Origin: an uncultured Flavobacterium sp.
GTDB taxonomy: Bacteria; Bacteroidota; Bacteroidia; Flavobacteriales; Flavobacteriaceae
NCBI GenBank assembly: GCA_913060575.1
Contig: CAJXRR010000001.1
Coordinates: 1 to 55,128, forward strand
Direction of reading: 5' to 3'
Length of the DNA stretch: 55,128 bases
Part shown: positions 19,354-28,987 of the stretch, piece by piece
Layout of the letters: each line of letters begins with the position of its first letter
Position numbering within the stretch: position 1 is the stretch's first letter
Translations under genes and position numbers: made by a program
The notes under the pieces: model-generated
What the model was told of the DNA's origin: nothing
What the model saw: the letters and a program-made list of their open reading frames with translations, nothing else
The model's database searches: none

Positions 19354-19788
19354 TTAATTCCTCTCGAACCCAATACCTCTTCTAAATTTACTGATATAAC
19401 CATTTGACGAATTTAGGTTTACGATAGTCATTAATTCTTCATAATAAGAAGCGATTCTTTCGATATCGGCAGTTTTTAAATCTGGATAAATAGTAGAAAA
19501 TCGTTGTAAGCCTTCCTTAATTTTTTCTTGATAATCTTTGACTGTTGGACTGGTTTTACTAGCTATTTCTATAAAATCATCAGCAGAAAGATTAATCAAA
19601 CTTGTCAATTCTGGTCTATAAACCTCATCAGAAATACCGGGATAGTCAAGCATGAAGTCTTCATCAAACTTAGGTTGTTCTTTAAACCTTTCTAAATCTT
19701 GAATTGCATTCTTAGGTGTTTTGATTTTCTTCTGAGCGGCAACTGCAACAAAAGAGATAGAAAACAAGATGATTAATAGGTTTTTCAT
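19354..19788 (-). CDS. Secreted protein, DUF4844-like
   Basis: Signal peptide; KF.ED...YPGI, IN..ADDFI, ERI..Y.EELM.IV.L.SS.G pattern. Confidence 0.7.
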   Translation of the reverse strand: MKNLLIILFSISFVAVAAQKKIKTPKNAIQDLERFKEQPKFDEDFMLDYPGISDEVYRPELTSLINLSADDFIEIASKTSPTVKDYQEKIKEGLQRFSTIYPDLKTADIERIASYYEELMTIVNLNSSNGYISKFRRGIGFERN

Positions 19789-20838
19789 TTATTCTCCTTT
19801 TAAAGCATTCCAGCCTTGAGCTTTTAATTCTAATTCTTGGTTCGCTCTTGTGACTAAGTTTAATCCTGCGGCTTTTTCAGTAATATGACCAATAATAGAA
19901 AGATGTGGATTTCCTTTTACCTTTTCAAAATCTGCAATAGGAACGGTAAATAACAATTCATAATCTTCTCCTCCACTTAAAGCCACCATTGTACTATCAA
20001 GTTCAAATTCTTCACAAGCAGAAATTACTTGAGGGTCTAAAGGAATTTTATCTTCATAGATTTTACAGCCGACATTACTTTGAGAACAGATATGCATAAT
20101 TTCCGAAGAAAGTCCGTCTGAAATGTCAATCATTGACGTTGGTTTAACATCCAATTCTTTTAACAAAGAGCGAATGTCTTTTCTTGCTTCTGGCTTTAAT
20201 TGACGCTCAATTAAATAGGTATAATTATCTAAATCTGGTTGGTTATTTGGGTTTACCTTAAAAACTTGTTTTTCTCTTTCTAACACTTGTAATCCTAAAT
20301 ACGCAGCTCCTAAATCTCCAGAAACAACAATTAAATCGGTTTCTTTAGCTCCATTTCTATAAACAATATCTTCTTTGTTTGCTTTTCCAATTGCTGTTAC
20401 AGAAATTAAAATTCCTTTGGTAGAAGAAGTTGTATCTCCTCCTATTAAATCAATAGTATAGGTTTCACAAGCTAGTTGAATTCCTGCATACAATTCTTCA
20501 ATAGCTTCTAATGGAAATCTATTAGAAACTGCTAAAGAGACTGTAATTTGTTCTGCTTCTCCGTTCATTGCAAAAACATCAGAAAGATTAACCATTACAG
20601 CTTTATACCCTAAGTGTTTTAGTGGCATATAACTTAAATCAAAATGAACACCTTCAATCAATAAATCTGTCGTAATTAATGTTTGTTGATCTGAGCTATC
20701 TATTACTGCCGCATCATCTCCAACTCCTCTTATAGTTGATTTATGAGTTATTTTAAAATGTTTGGTAATGTGGTTGATTAAACCAAACTCTCCTAGTTCA
20801 GCTAACGACGTTCTTGATTGATTTTTATCTTCTAACAT
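19789..20838 (-). CDS. thiL: Thiamine-monophosphate kinase
   Basis: GEFGLI, GVGDDAA, NLSDVFAM, IGGDTT, IDISDGL, GGEDYEL. Confidence 0.97.
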   Translation of the reverse strand: MLEDKNQSRTSLAELGEFGLINHITKHFKITHKSTIRGVGDDAAVIDSSDQQTLITTDLLIEGVHFDLSYMPLKHLGYKAVMVNLSDVFAMNGEAEQITVSLAVSNRFPLEAIEELYAGIQLACETYTIDLIGGDTTSSTKGILISVTAIGKANKEDIVYRNGAKETDLIVVSGDLGAAYLGLQVLEREKQVFKVNPNNQPDLDNYTYLIERQLKPEARKDIRSLLKELDVKPTSMIDISDGLSSEIMHICSQSNVGCKIYEDKIPLDPQVISACEEFELDSTMVALSGGEDYELLFTVPIADFEKVKGNPHLSIIGHITEKAAGLNLVTRANQELELKAQGWNALKGE

Positions 20839-20842
20839 ACTG

Positions 20843-20850
20843 CAAAGATA
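20843..20850 (-). promoter_or_regulatory. -7 element 4 nt upstream of thiL ATG (likely leaderless mRNA)
   Basis: Minus strand TATCTTTG-cagt-ATG. Confidence 0.65.
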
Positions 20851-20921
20851 TACACATCTTAAAAATAAACCCTAAAAGTTGCTTCGTATTCTCTTTTAAC
20901 ATTTTTATTCTTTGAATCTGT

Positions 20922-20929
20922 TACCTTTG
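20922..20929 (+). promoter_or_regulatory. -7 promoter element for the five-gene operon
   Basis: TACCTTTG 22 nt upstream of ATG 20952. Confidence 0.6.
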
Positions 20930-20951
20930 TTTATATAGAAGCCCCTGTTAT

Positions 20952-22394
20952 ATGAAACAAAAAGCACTTTTTTTTATCATTCTCTTTATTGGATTAAATG
21001 TCAATGGTCAAACTCCATGCATAAATGGTTTTGCTGGTGAATACCCTTGTAATGACTATGATTTGTTGTCTCATACACCTGTAAATATTTTAGCAAATAC
21101 AATAGGAAACCCAGAAGGAAGTGATCTTTGGGGGTGGACAGATCCAACTACCGGAAAAGAATATGCTATTGCTGCAATGACTAATAGCACTGCGTTTATA
21201 GATGTTTCTGATCCTTTAAATCCAATATATCTTGGAAGAATTGACACTCAAAATGGTAGTACAAGTTTTTGGAGAGATGTGAAAATTTATAACAATTATG
21301 CGTTCATTGTAGCTGATAACATTGGTGCGCATGGAATGCAAGTTTTTGATTTAACAAGATTAAGAAACATAACGACGCCAGAAACTATCTCTCCAAATGT
21401 TGTGTATAATGATGTTACAAGTTGTCATAATATTGTGATTAACGAAGACAGCGGAATTGCTTATTTGGTAGACTGTAAAAATGTTGGTCGAGGTATTCAT
21501 TTTGTAGATATTTCCAACCCATTAAATCCTGTCAATCTAGGAAGTTATAATAACGAAGGAGTTACTCACGATGCCCAGGTAGTTACCTATAATGGTCCAG
21601 ACACTGAGCATGTTGGTAAGGAGATTTTGATTGGAAGCAATGAATCTAAAGTGGTTATTCTTGACGTAACTGACAAAAACAATGTGGTGAAAATTAATGA
21701 TATTTTCTATTCTCAAATTGGATATACGCATCAAGGTTGGTTTACTGAAGATCAAAGATATTTTTTGCTTGGAGATGAAACAGACGAACAAAACTTTGGG
21801 TTAAATACTAGAACCCTTGTTTTTGATTTACAAGACCTTGAAAGTCCTGAATTAGAATATACATACGAAGGCCCTTCAAATGCAATAGATCATAATGGAT
21901 ATGTAAAAGGCAATACCTTCTTTATGGCAAATTATAGAGCGGGTTTAAGAGTTTTAGATATTAGTAATCTAGGAAATATTGGAGAACAATTAACTGAAAT
22001 TGGATATTTCGATACCTATCCTGATAATGACGGTACTGCTTTTAATGGTGCTTGGAGTGTTTATCCATATTTTGCGAGTGGAAATATCATTATAAACGAT
22101 ATCGAAAGAGGTCTTTTTATTGTGAGAAAATCAGGCACATTAAGCATCAATAACGAATTGTTTAAAGATCATTTTTCCATCTTTCCAAACCCTACAAATA
22201 CAAACCCTACAATTAAAGCTTCAGAAAATCAAAACATTAAATCTATCGAAGTTTTTACTATTTTAGGAAGAAGAATTTTATCTAAGCAAAATATTAATCA
22301 AGTAGAATTCGTTTTACCCATAACAAATCAATCTAAAGGAATCTACATTGTAAAAATCAATGGACTAGTTTCAAAAAAACTAGTATTGTATTAA
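20952..22394 (+). CDS. Choice-of-anchor B family protein with T9SS type A C-terminal sorting domain
   Basis: SPI signal; PC.NG.AG.YPC, DLWGWTD, WRDVK, HGMQVFDL, CHNI, THD, YTHQGW, LGDE.DE, IDHNGY, GAWSVYPYF; CTD FPNP...KGIYIVKI..KKLV. Confidence 0.88.
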   Translation: MKQKALFFIILFIGLNVNGQTPCINGFAGEYPCNDYDLLSHTPVNILANTIGNPEGSDLWGWTDPTTGKEYAIAAMTNSTAFIDVSDPLNPIYLGRIDTQNGSTSFWRDVKIYNNYAFIVADNIGAHGMQVFDLTRLRNITTPETISPNVVYNDVTSCHNIVINEDSGIAYLVDCKNVGRGIHFVDISNPLNPVNLGSYNNEGVTHDAQVVTYNGPDTEHVGKEILIGSNESKVVILDVTDKNNVVKINDIFYSQIGYTHQGWFTEDQRYFLLGDETDEQNFGLNTRTLVFDLQDLESPELEYTYEGPSNAIDHNGYVKGNTFFMANYRAGLRVLDISNLGNIGEQLTEIGYFDTYPDNDGTAFNGAWSVYPYFASGNIIINDIERGLFIVRKSGTLSINNELFKDHFSIFPNPTNTNPTIKASENQNIKSIEVFTILGRRILSKQNINQVEFVLPITNQSKGIYIVKINGLVSKKLVLY

Positions 22395-22406
22395 ACTCAT
22401 ATAAAC

Positions 22407-23906
22407 ATGAAAAAATTTATTCTATTATTCAGTATTTTTTTAGTTTTCTCTTGTGAAAAAGAAGAAACTCTAGAAACCACACCCCCTGTAATAACATCAG
22501 GAAGTGCTGGAATAAATTTAGAAGAAAATAGTGGTGCTGGTCAAACAGTATATACTATTACAGCAACAGATAATATCGCAGTAACCGGATATGAACTAAG
22601 TGGAGAAGATACCGATTTATTAAGCATAACTGATAACGTTATAAGCTTAGATGCTGATCCAGACTTTGAAACTAAGTCTAGTTATAGTTTTAGTGTTACT
22701 GCAAATGATGCCGAAGGGAATGTGAGTGACGTAAAAACAGTCACATTTTTAATTATTGATGTTGATGAAACAAATCGTTTTATTTTAGAGCCTTGTGTGA
22801 ATGGATTTGCTGGAGCATTTCCATGTAACAACTACGATTTAATTGCACATATAGATTTAAACGAACTTGGGGGTCCGGGAACTTCTGGAAATGATTGTTG
22901 GGGTTGGACAGATCCTTCGACAGGAAAAGAATATGCTTTAATGTGCACAAATAAAGGAACTTCTTTTATTGATATTTCTGATTTAGAAACCCCAAAAATT
23001 GTTGGTTTTTTACCAACTCATACCGTCAATAGTTCTTGGCGAGATGTAAAAACCTATGGTAATTACGCCTTTATTGTAAGTGAAGCTTCTGGTCATGGAA
23101 TGCAAATTGTCGATTTAACTAAGTTGGCAAACATTCCTTTAAATTCACCTACCGTTACGTTAACAGAAGATGCTCATTATGCTGGTTTTGGAAATGCTCA
23201 CAACATCGTTATTAATGAAAGTAATGGATATGCTTATGCAGTTGGAACCAATACGTTTAGTGGTGGACCTCATTTTGTAGACATTTCAAATCCTTTAATG
23301 CCAACTGCTGCTGGCGGATATGCAAATGATGCATATTCACATGATGCACAAGTGATTACTTATAATGGTCCCGATACAGATTATACAGGAAAAGAGATTC
23401 TAATTGGAAGTAATGAAAATGAAGTTGTTATTGTAGATGTGACTAACAAAATGAGTCCAACTCAAATAGCAACAATTGACTATACAAATATTGGTTATAC
23501 GCATCAAGGATGGTTTACAGAAGATTTAAGATATTTCATCTTAGGCGATGAGTTAGATGAACGCAATTTTGGAGGTAATACAAGAAATATTGTCTTTGAT
23601 TTTACCGATTTGGATAATCCTCAATTTCATATGAATTATTTTGGACCAACAACAGCCATTGACCATAATGGCTATGTAAATGGTGACACTTTTTATCTGG
23701 CAAATTATTCAGCTGGAGTTCGAGTTATTGATGTTTCAAATATCGGAGGACAGGCGATGTCAGAGATTGGCTATTTTGATACCTATCCTACAAATAACGC
23801 TGCTTCTTTTAATGGCGTTTGGAATGTATATCCATATTTTGCTAGTGAAAACATCATTGTAAGCGACATTAATAGTGGTTTTTATATTATTCGAAAAAGC
23901 CAATAA
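22407..23906 (+). CDS. Choice-of-anchor B family lipoprotein with N-terminal cadherin-like domain
   Basis: Lipobox VFSC; PDFETKSSYSFSVTA.D..GN..I.DVDE; same His motifs as upstream paralog; no CTD. Confidence 0.88.
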   Translation: MKKFILLFSIFLVFSCEKEETLETTPPVITSGSAGINLEENSGAGQTVYTITATDNIAVTGYELSGEDTDLLSITDNVISLDADPDFETKSSYSFSVTANDAEGNVSDVKTVTFLIIDVDETNRFILEPCVNGFAGAFPCNNYDLIAHIDLNELGGPGTSGNDCWGWTDPSTGKEYALMCTNKGTSFIDISDLETPKIVGFLPTHTVNSSWRDVKTYGNYAFIVSEASGHGMQIVDLTKLANIPLNSPTVTLTEDAHYAGFGNAHNIVINESNGYAYAVGTNTFSGGPHFVDISNPLMPTAAGGYANDAYSHDAQVITYNGPDTDYTGKEILIGSNENEVVIVDVTNKMSPTQIATIDYTNIGYTHQGWFTEDLRYFILGDELDERNFGGNTRNIVFDFTDLDNPQFHMNYFGPTTAIDHNGYVNGDTFYLANYSAGVRVIDVSNIGGQAMSEIGYFDTYPTNNAASFNGVWNVYPYFASENIIVSDINSGFYIIRKSQ

Positions 23907-23910
23907 ATCA

Positions 23911-25242
23911 ATGAAAAAAATTGGCTTCTTTTCAATTCTCTTAACTTTCTTTGCCTGTGAAAAGGCAAATCTTGAATTTAATCCCGCCTCAAACTTATCA
24001 AACGGTACTTTAGGTCTTATACAAACTTTTGGTGGTTCTAAAAATGATGTGGCTCAATCAGTTATTGCCACATTAGATGGAGGTTTTGCAGTCATTGGTT
24101 ATACACAAAGCATGGATGGTGATGTTTCTGACAAGCTAAATGAAAGTTTTGATTTTTGGGTTTTAAAATTTAATTCTGAAGCTAACCTAGAATGGAATAA
24201 AACTTTTGGTGGCTCTGGTGATGATCGTGGTTTTGATATCATTCAAACTTCAGATAATGGTTTTGCAATCTTGGGATATACAGATAGTACTGATGGAGAC
24301 ATTACCATAAATAATGGGTTTAGAGATTTTTGGCTAGCAAAATTAGACGCTTCTGGAAACCTAACTTGGCAAAAATCTTTTGGCTTTCCAGGTGCAGATG
24401 AAGGAACAGCAATAATTGAAACTTCTGATAATGATTTTTTAATCTCGGGCGTTTTAGATGTCACTTCTTCTGGCGGACAAGGAAATTTAGGCAGATTTGT
24501 AACGGAACATGCTGGGGGAGATTACTGGGCTATTAAAGTTTCATCAAGTGGTGATTTAATTTGGTCTAGATTCTATGGAGGCTCTTTTACAGACAGTCCT
24601 ACCGGAATAATAGAAAATAACAATAATGAATTTATTTTTGTCGGAGGATCCGATAGTAATGATGTTGATATCACAAACAATAAAGGCTCTTACGATTTTT
24701 GGGTTGTAAAATCTGAAGCTGGGGGAAATATGATTTGGGAAAAATCTTTTGGTGGTTCCGAAATTGATGAAGCAAGAGGAATCGTCTCTACATATGATGG
24801 TAGCCATATTATTGTTGGTGATACGAGAAGTAACGAACAGGATGTTTCTTTAAATAATGGGGCTGCAGATTTATGGATTATTAAAATTTCTGATGACGGA
24901 GATTTAATTTGGAATCGCTCTATTGGTGGTTCTAATTTTGATGTCTCCCGATCCATTAATAAAACTTCAGATAATGGATTTATTATTGCTGGTAGTTCTA
25001 GAAGTTCAGATGGAGATGTTGCAAGAAATCAAGGTCAAAATGATGCTTGGATTGTAAAAATAGATACTAACGGTCAGTTGCTTTGGGAAACAACAGTTGG
25101 TGGTTCAAATATTGACTTTGCTTATGACGCTGTTCAGCTAGCCAACGGGACAATTATTGCCGTTGGTGAAACCAGCAGCTCTGATGGAGACATCACAGAA
25201 AACAAAGGATTTACAGACCTATTAATAATAAAATTGAATTAA
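23911..25242 (+). CDS. Lipoprotein, repeat beta-propeller
   Basis: Start moved to MKKIGF; lipobox FFAC; about 7 repeats of DFWvlK.d..G.l.W.k.fGGS..D. Confidence 0.82.
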   Translation: MKKIGFFSILLTFFACEKANLEFNPASNLSNGTLGLIQTFGGSKNDVAQSVIATLDGGFAVIGYTQSMDGDVSDKLNESFDFWVLKFNSEANLEWNKTFGGSGDDRGFDIIQTSDNGFAILGYTDSTDGDITINNGFRDFWLAKLDASGNLTWQKSFGFPGADEGTAIIETSDNDFLISGVLDVTSSGGQGNLGRFVTEHAGGDYWAIKVSSSGDLIWSRFYGGSFTDSPTGIIENNNNEFIFVGGSDSNDVDITNNKGSYDFWVVKSEAGGNMIWEKSFGGSEIDEARGIVSTYDGSHIIVGDTRSNEQDVSLNNGAADLWIIKISDDGDLIWNRSIGGSNFDVSRSINKTSDNGFIIAGSSRSSDGDVARNQGQNDAWIVKIDTNGQLLWETTVGGSNIDFAYDAVQLANGTIIAVGETSSSDGDITENKGFTDLLIIKLN

Positions 25243-25243
25243 A

Positions 25244-26011
25244 ATGAAAACGAAAATTTTAACGTTGTTATGTATTGCTCTAATAATATCTAGTTGTAGT
25301 GAAGATAATGACCTCAATATAGAGCCGATAAGCATCACGTTAAATTTTAGCCATTCTTGGGGAGAAAATGAAGTAACAAATGCAGATTTTAATGACCTAA
25401 AGTTTACCAATGATAACGGTGACCAAATGAGTATTGAACATCTTCGTTATCTCATTTCAGAAATTGTTTTAACTCATGAAAGTGGCGTAATTACAACCTT
25501 AGATGATTATAATTTGGTAGACCTTACCAATAACGAAGGATTAATATTTACAACCTCTGCTTCAATTTTACCAGGAGATTATACGAGTGTTTCCTTTCGA
25601 TTTGGATTTAGTGATGAAAACAATATTGATGGTGTATATACTGATTTAAATACTGCTAGTTTTAATGTTCCTACGATACTTGGTGGAGGTTATCATCATA
25701 TGCAGTTTGATGGAAAATATATTGATGATTCTGATGCCGAAGCTCCTTTTAATTATCATGTAATTAATGCTTTTGACTTAACAAATATAAATGATCCTGT
25801 AAATACCTCATTTCAATTAAACATTGGTGCGGTAGCTGTTGGCGGAAATACTAACATAAATCTGAATATGGATATTTCTGAGTGGTTTAAAACTCCAAAT
25901 ACCTGGAATTTAAATGAGTATGATGTTGATTTAATGAGTAATTACGAAGCTCAATTATTAATGAATCAAAATGGTGCCTCGGTATTTAGCGTGGTGAGTA
26001 TTACTCAATAA
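25244..26011 (+). CDS. MbnP-like lipoprotein
   Basis: Lipobox ISSC; LRYLISEI.L, PGDY..V.F.FG, GGGYHHMQFDG; directly upstream of a diheme peroxidase. Confidence 0.75.
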   Translation: MKTKILTLLCIALIISSCSEDNDLNIEPISITLNFSHSWGENEVTNADFNDLKFTNDNGDQMSIEHLRYLISEIVLTHESGVITTLDDYNLVDLTNNEGLIFTTSASILPGDYTSVSFRFGFSDENNIDGVYTDLNTASFNVPTILGGGYHHMQFDGKYIDDSDAEAPFNYHVINAFDLTNINDPVNTSFQLNIGAVAVGGNTNINLNMDISEWFKTPNTWNLNEYDVDLMSNYEAQLLMNQNGASVFSVVSITQ

Positions 26012-26012
26012 A

Positions 26013-27077
26013 ATGAAACAAAAGCTTCTTCTTTTTTGCTGTATAGGATTTATGATCATGTCTTGTTCAAATTCTGAAACTGAAGACGAATATATTCCTA
26101 TTCCTTATTCCTTAGAGGTTCCGCAAATCTTTCAAGAAAAATTAATAGAACCTTTAATTCCAACAAACAATCCTTTAACTGAAGAAGGTGTTGCGTTAGG
26201 TAAAAAATTATTTTTTGACACCAAACTTTCTGGAAATAACACACAATCTTGTGCTTCTTGTCATAATCCAAGAAATGCCTTTACTGATGAAACTCGTTTT
26301 AGCGATGGAGTAGACGGTAATTTTGGAACCCGTAATTCCATGCCTATATTCAATTTAGCTTGGAATTTTAGCGACCGTTTTGCGTGGGACGGAAAAGAAT
26401 TAGGATTAGAAAGACAGGCATTAGAACCCGTAAAAAATCCGATTGAAATGCATAGTAATTGGGATGAGGTTGCTTCAAAATTGCAACAAGACACTCAATA
26501 CCCAACCCTGTTTTTAGAAGCCTTTGGAACATCAACAATAGATTCAACAGTCATAACAAAAGCAATTGCTCAATTTGAAAGAATACTCATTTCTGGAAAT
26601 TCCAAATTTGATCAGCATCTAGCTGGAAACGCAACTTTAACACTTCAAGAATTAAACGGTTTCAATGTGTTTATGGATGAAACTAAAGGCGATTGTTTTC
26701 ATTGTCATGGTAGCGACAACAATCCATTATGGACAGATAATGATTTCCATAATAATGGACTAGATGCAACATTCACAGATCTTGGGTTAGGAGCGGTAAC
26801 CGGCGACCCTAATGATAACGGGAAGTTTAGATCACCCTCTTTAAGAAATCTAGCATTTACAGCTCCTTACATGCATGACGGACGTTTTGCTACTTTAGAA
26901 GAAGTGATTGATTTCTATAGCGAAGGATTGCAAATCTCATCCACAATAGACCCGCTAATGAAAAAAGTAAATCAAGGTGGCGTGCAATTAACACCTCAAG
27001 ACAAAGCAGATTTAAAAGCTTTTTTACTTTCATTAACCGACAATGAATTTGTAAGCAATCCTAATTTTCAGAATTAA
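26013..27077 (+). CDS. Diheme cytochrome c peroxidase superfamily lipoprotein (MbnH/MauG-like)
   Basis: NPLT..G..LGKKLFFD..LS, CASCH, RN.M, FAWDG, CFHCH, FRSPSLRN, TAPYMHDG. Confidence 0.93.
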   Translation: MKQKLLLFCCIGFMIMSCSNSETEDEYIPIPYSLEVPQIFQEKLIEPLIPTNNPLTEEGVALGKKLFFDTKLSGNNTQSCASCHNPRNAFTDETRFSDGVDGNFGTRNSMPIFNLAWNFSDRFAWDGKELGLERQALEPVKNPIEMHSNWDEVASKLQQDTQYPTLFLEAFGTSTIDSTVITKAIAQFERILISGNSKFDQHLAGNATLTLQELNGFNVFMDETKGDCFHCHGSDNNPLWTDNDFHNNGLDATFTDLGLGAVTGDPNDNGKFRSPSLRNLAFTAPYMHDGRFATLEEVIDFYSEGLQISSTIDPLMKKVNQGGVQLTPQDKADLKAFLLSLTDNEFVSNPNFQN

Positions 27078-27079
27078 TC

Positions 27080-27113
27080 AATTTTATTGATTGTCTCATC
27101 GACCAATAAAATT
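27080..27113. terminator. Imperfect hairpin after the five-gene operon
   Basis: AATTTTATTG...CAATAAAATT inverted repeat. Confidence 0.5.
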
Positions 27114-27145
27114 AATACTTCATTAGTAATTGTAGACATATTTTG

Positions 27146-27153
27146 TACCTTTG
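27146..27153 (+). promoter_or_regulatory. -7 promoter element of suf operon
   Basis: TACCTTTG. Confidence 0.7.
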
Positions 27154-27161
27154 CATCCACA

Positions 27162-27180
27162 ATTTAGATTTAATCTATAT
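27162..27180. promoter_or_regulatory. Putative Fur-type box just downstream of predicted suf transcription start
   Basis: ATTTAGATTTAATCTATAT; perfect core TAGATT-t-AATCTA. Confidence 0.65.
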
Positions 27181-27187
27181 AAGAATT

Positions 27188-27517
27188 ATGATAAAAGTTT
27201 CAGATACAGCTAAAAAGAAAGTCGTTGAGTTAATGACCGACGGTGGCTTTGATGCAGCAACTGATTTTGTAAGAGTTGGTGTAAAAAGTGGTGGATGTTC
27301 AGGGCTATCTTACGACTTAGACTTTGATAATAAACAATTAGAAAACGATAAGATATTTGAAGATAATGATGTGAAAATTATTGTAGACAAAAAAAGTTTC
27401 TTGTATTTGGTGGGTACTACATTAGAATTTTCAGGAGGTTTAAACGGTAAAGGTTTTGTTTTTAACAATCCTAACGCTAATAGAACTTGTGGATGTGGTG
27501 AATCATTTTCATTATAA
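27188..27517 (+). CDS. sufA: Fe-S cluster assembly A-type carrier (HesB/IscA/SufA)
   Basis: GGCSG, CGCGESF; start moved to MIKVSD. Confidence 0.93.
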   Translation: MIKVSDTAKKKVVELMTDGGFDAATDFVRVGVKSGGCSGLSYDLDFDNKQLENDKIFEDNDVKIIVDKKSFLYLVGTTLEFSGGLNGKGFVFNNPNANRTCGCGESFSL

Positions 27518-27527
27518 ATAAAATATT

Positions 27528-28976
27528 ATGAGTAAATATACTGAGGACGATTTAAGAGAAGAGTTAAAAACCAAAGAGTATGAATATGGTTTTTATACCG
27601 AAATGGAAAGTGAAACATTTGCAAAAGGGTTAAATGAAGATGTTGTTAGAGCTATTTCAAAAAAGAAAAACGAACCAGAATGGATGACCGAATGGCGATT
27701 AGAAGCGTTTAGAGTTTGGTCTAAAATGGAAGAGCCAGAATGGGCAAACGTTACGTATAAAAAACCAGAATTTCAAGAAATCGCTTATTATTCAGCTCCA
27801 AAACAAAAGCCAAAATTAAATAGTTTAGATGAAGTTGATCCCGATTTATTGGCCACTTTTGAGAAACTAGGAATCTCCTTAGAAGAGCAAAAAAGATTGG
27901 CAAATGTTGCCGTAGATATCGTAATTGATTCTGTTTCTGTTGCAACTACTTTTAAAAAGACATTAGGCGAAAAAGGAATTATTTTTATGCCTATTTCTGA
28001 AGCAATACAAGAACATCCAGAATTAGTTAGAAAATATTTAGGGACCGTTGTTCCAACTTCAGATAATTTTTATGCTGCTTTAAACTCAGCTGTGTTTTCT
28101 GATGGATCATTCTGTTATATTCCAAAAGGCGTTCGTTGTCCAATGGAGTTGTCAACCTACTTTAGAATTAACGAAGGTGGTACAGGACAATTCGAAAGAA
28201 CACTTGTTGTTGCTGACAAAGGAAGCTTTGTAAGTTATCTTGAAGGTTGTACTGCTCCAAGTAGAGACGAAAATCAATTGCACGCAGCTGTCGTTGAATT
28301 AATTGCCTTAGACGATGCTGAAATTAAATATTCTACCGTACAAAACTGGTATCCAGGAAATAGTGAAGGTAAAGGTGGAGTTTACAATTTTGTAACCAAA
28401 AGAGGTTTGTGTGAAACCAATGCAAAAATCTCTTGGACACAAGTTGAAACTGGATCTGCAATTACTTGGAAGTATCCAAGTTGTATCTTAAAAGGAAACA
28501 ATTCTGTAGGAGAGTTTTACTCGATTGCTGTCACTAATAATTTTCAACAAGCAGACACAGGAACTAAAATGATTCACTTAGGTAAAAACACCAAGTCGAC
28601 CATTATTTCTAAAGGTATTTCTGCTGGAAATTCACAAAACAGTTACCGTGGGTTAGTGCAAATTAATTCAAGAGCAGAAAATGCAAGAAACTTCTCACAA
28701 TGTGATAGTTTATTAATGGGGAATGCATGTGGCGCTCACACGTTTCCATACATCGAAGTAAAAAATAAAACTGCCCAAATAGAACACGAAGCAACCACAA
28801 GTAAGATTGGAGAAGAACAATTGTTCTATTGTAATCAACGTGGAATTGATACCGAAAAAGCCATCGCTTTAATTGTAAACGGTTTCAGTAAAGAAGTATT
28901 AAACAAGCTTCCAATGGAATTTGCTGTAGAAGCACAAAAACTATTAGAAATTAGCTTAGAAGGAAGTGTAGGATAA
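27528..28976 (+). CDS. sufB: Fe-S cluster assembly protein SufB
   Basis: [43 protein letters not shown]. Confidence 0.97.
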   Translation: MSKYTEDDLREELKTKEYEYGFYTEMESETFAKGLNEDVVRAISKKKNEPEWMTEWRLEAFRVWSKMEEPEWANVTYKKPEFQEIAYYSAPKQKPKLNSLDEVDPDLLATFEKLGISLEEQKRLANVAVDIVIDSVSVATTFKKTLGEKGIIFMPISEAIQEHPELVRKYLGTVVPTSDNFYAALNSAVFSDGSFCYIPKGVRCPMELSTYFRINEGGTGQFERTLVVADKGSFVSYLEGCTAPSRDENQLHAAVVELIALDDAEIKYSTVQNWYPGNSEGKGGVYNFVTKRGLCETNAKISWTQVETGSAITWKYPSCILKGNNSVGEFYSIAVTNNFQQADTGTKMIHLGKNTKSTIISKGISAGNSQNSYRGLVQINSRAENARNFSQCDSLLMGNACGAHTFPYIEVKNKTAQIEHEATTSKIGEEQLFYCNQRGIDTEKAIALIVNGFSKEVLNKLPMEFAVEAQKLLEISLEGSVG

Positions 28977-28987
28977 ATCAAATAATC

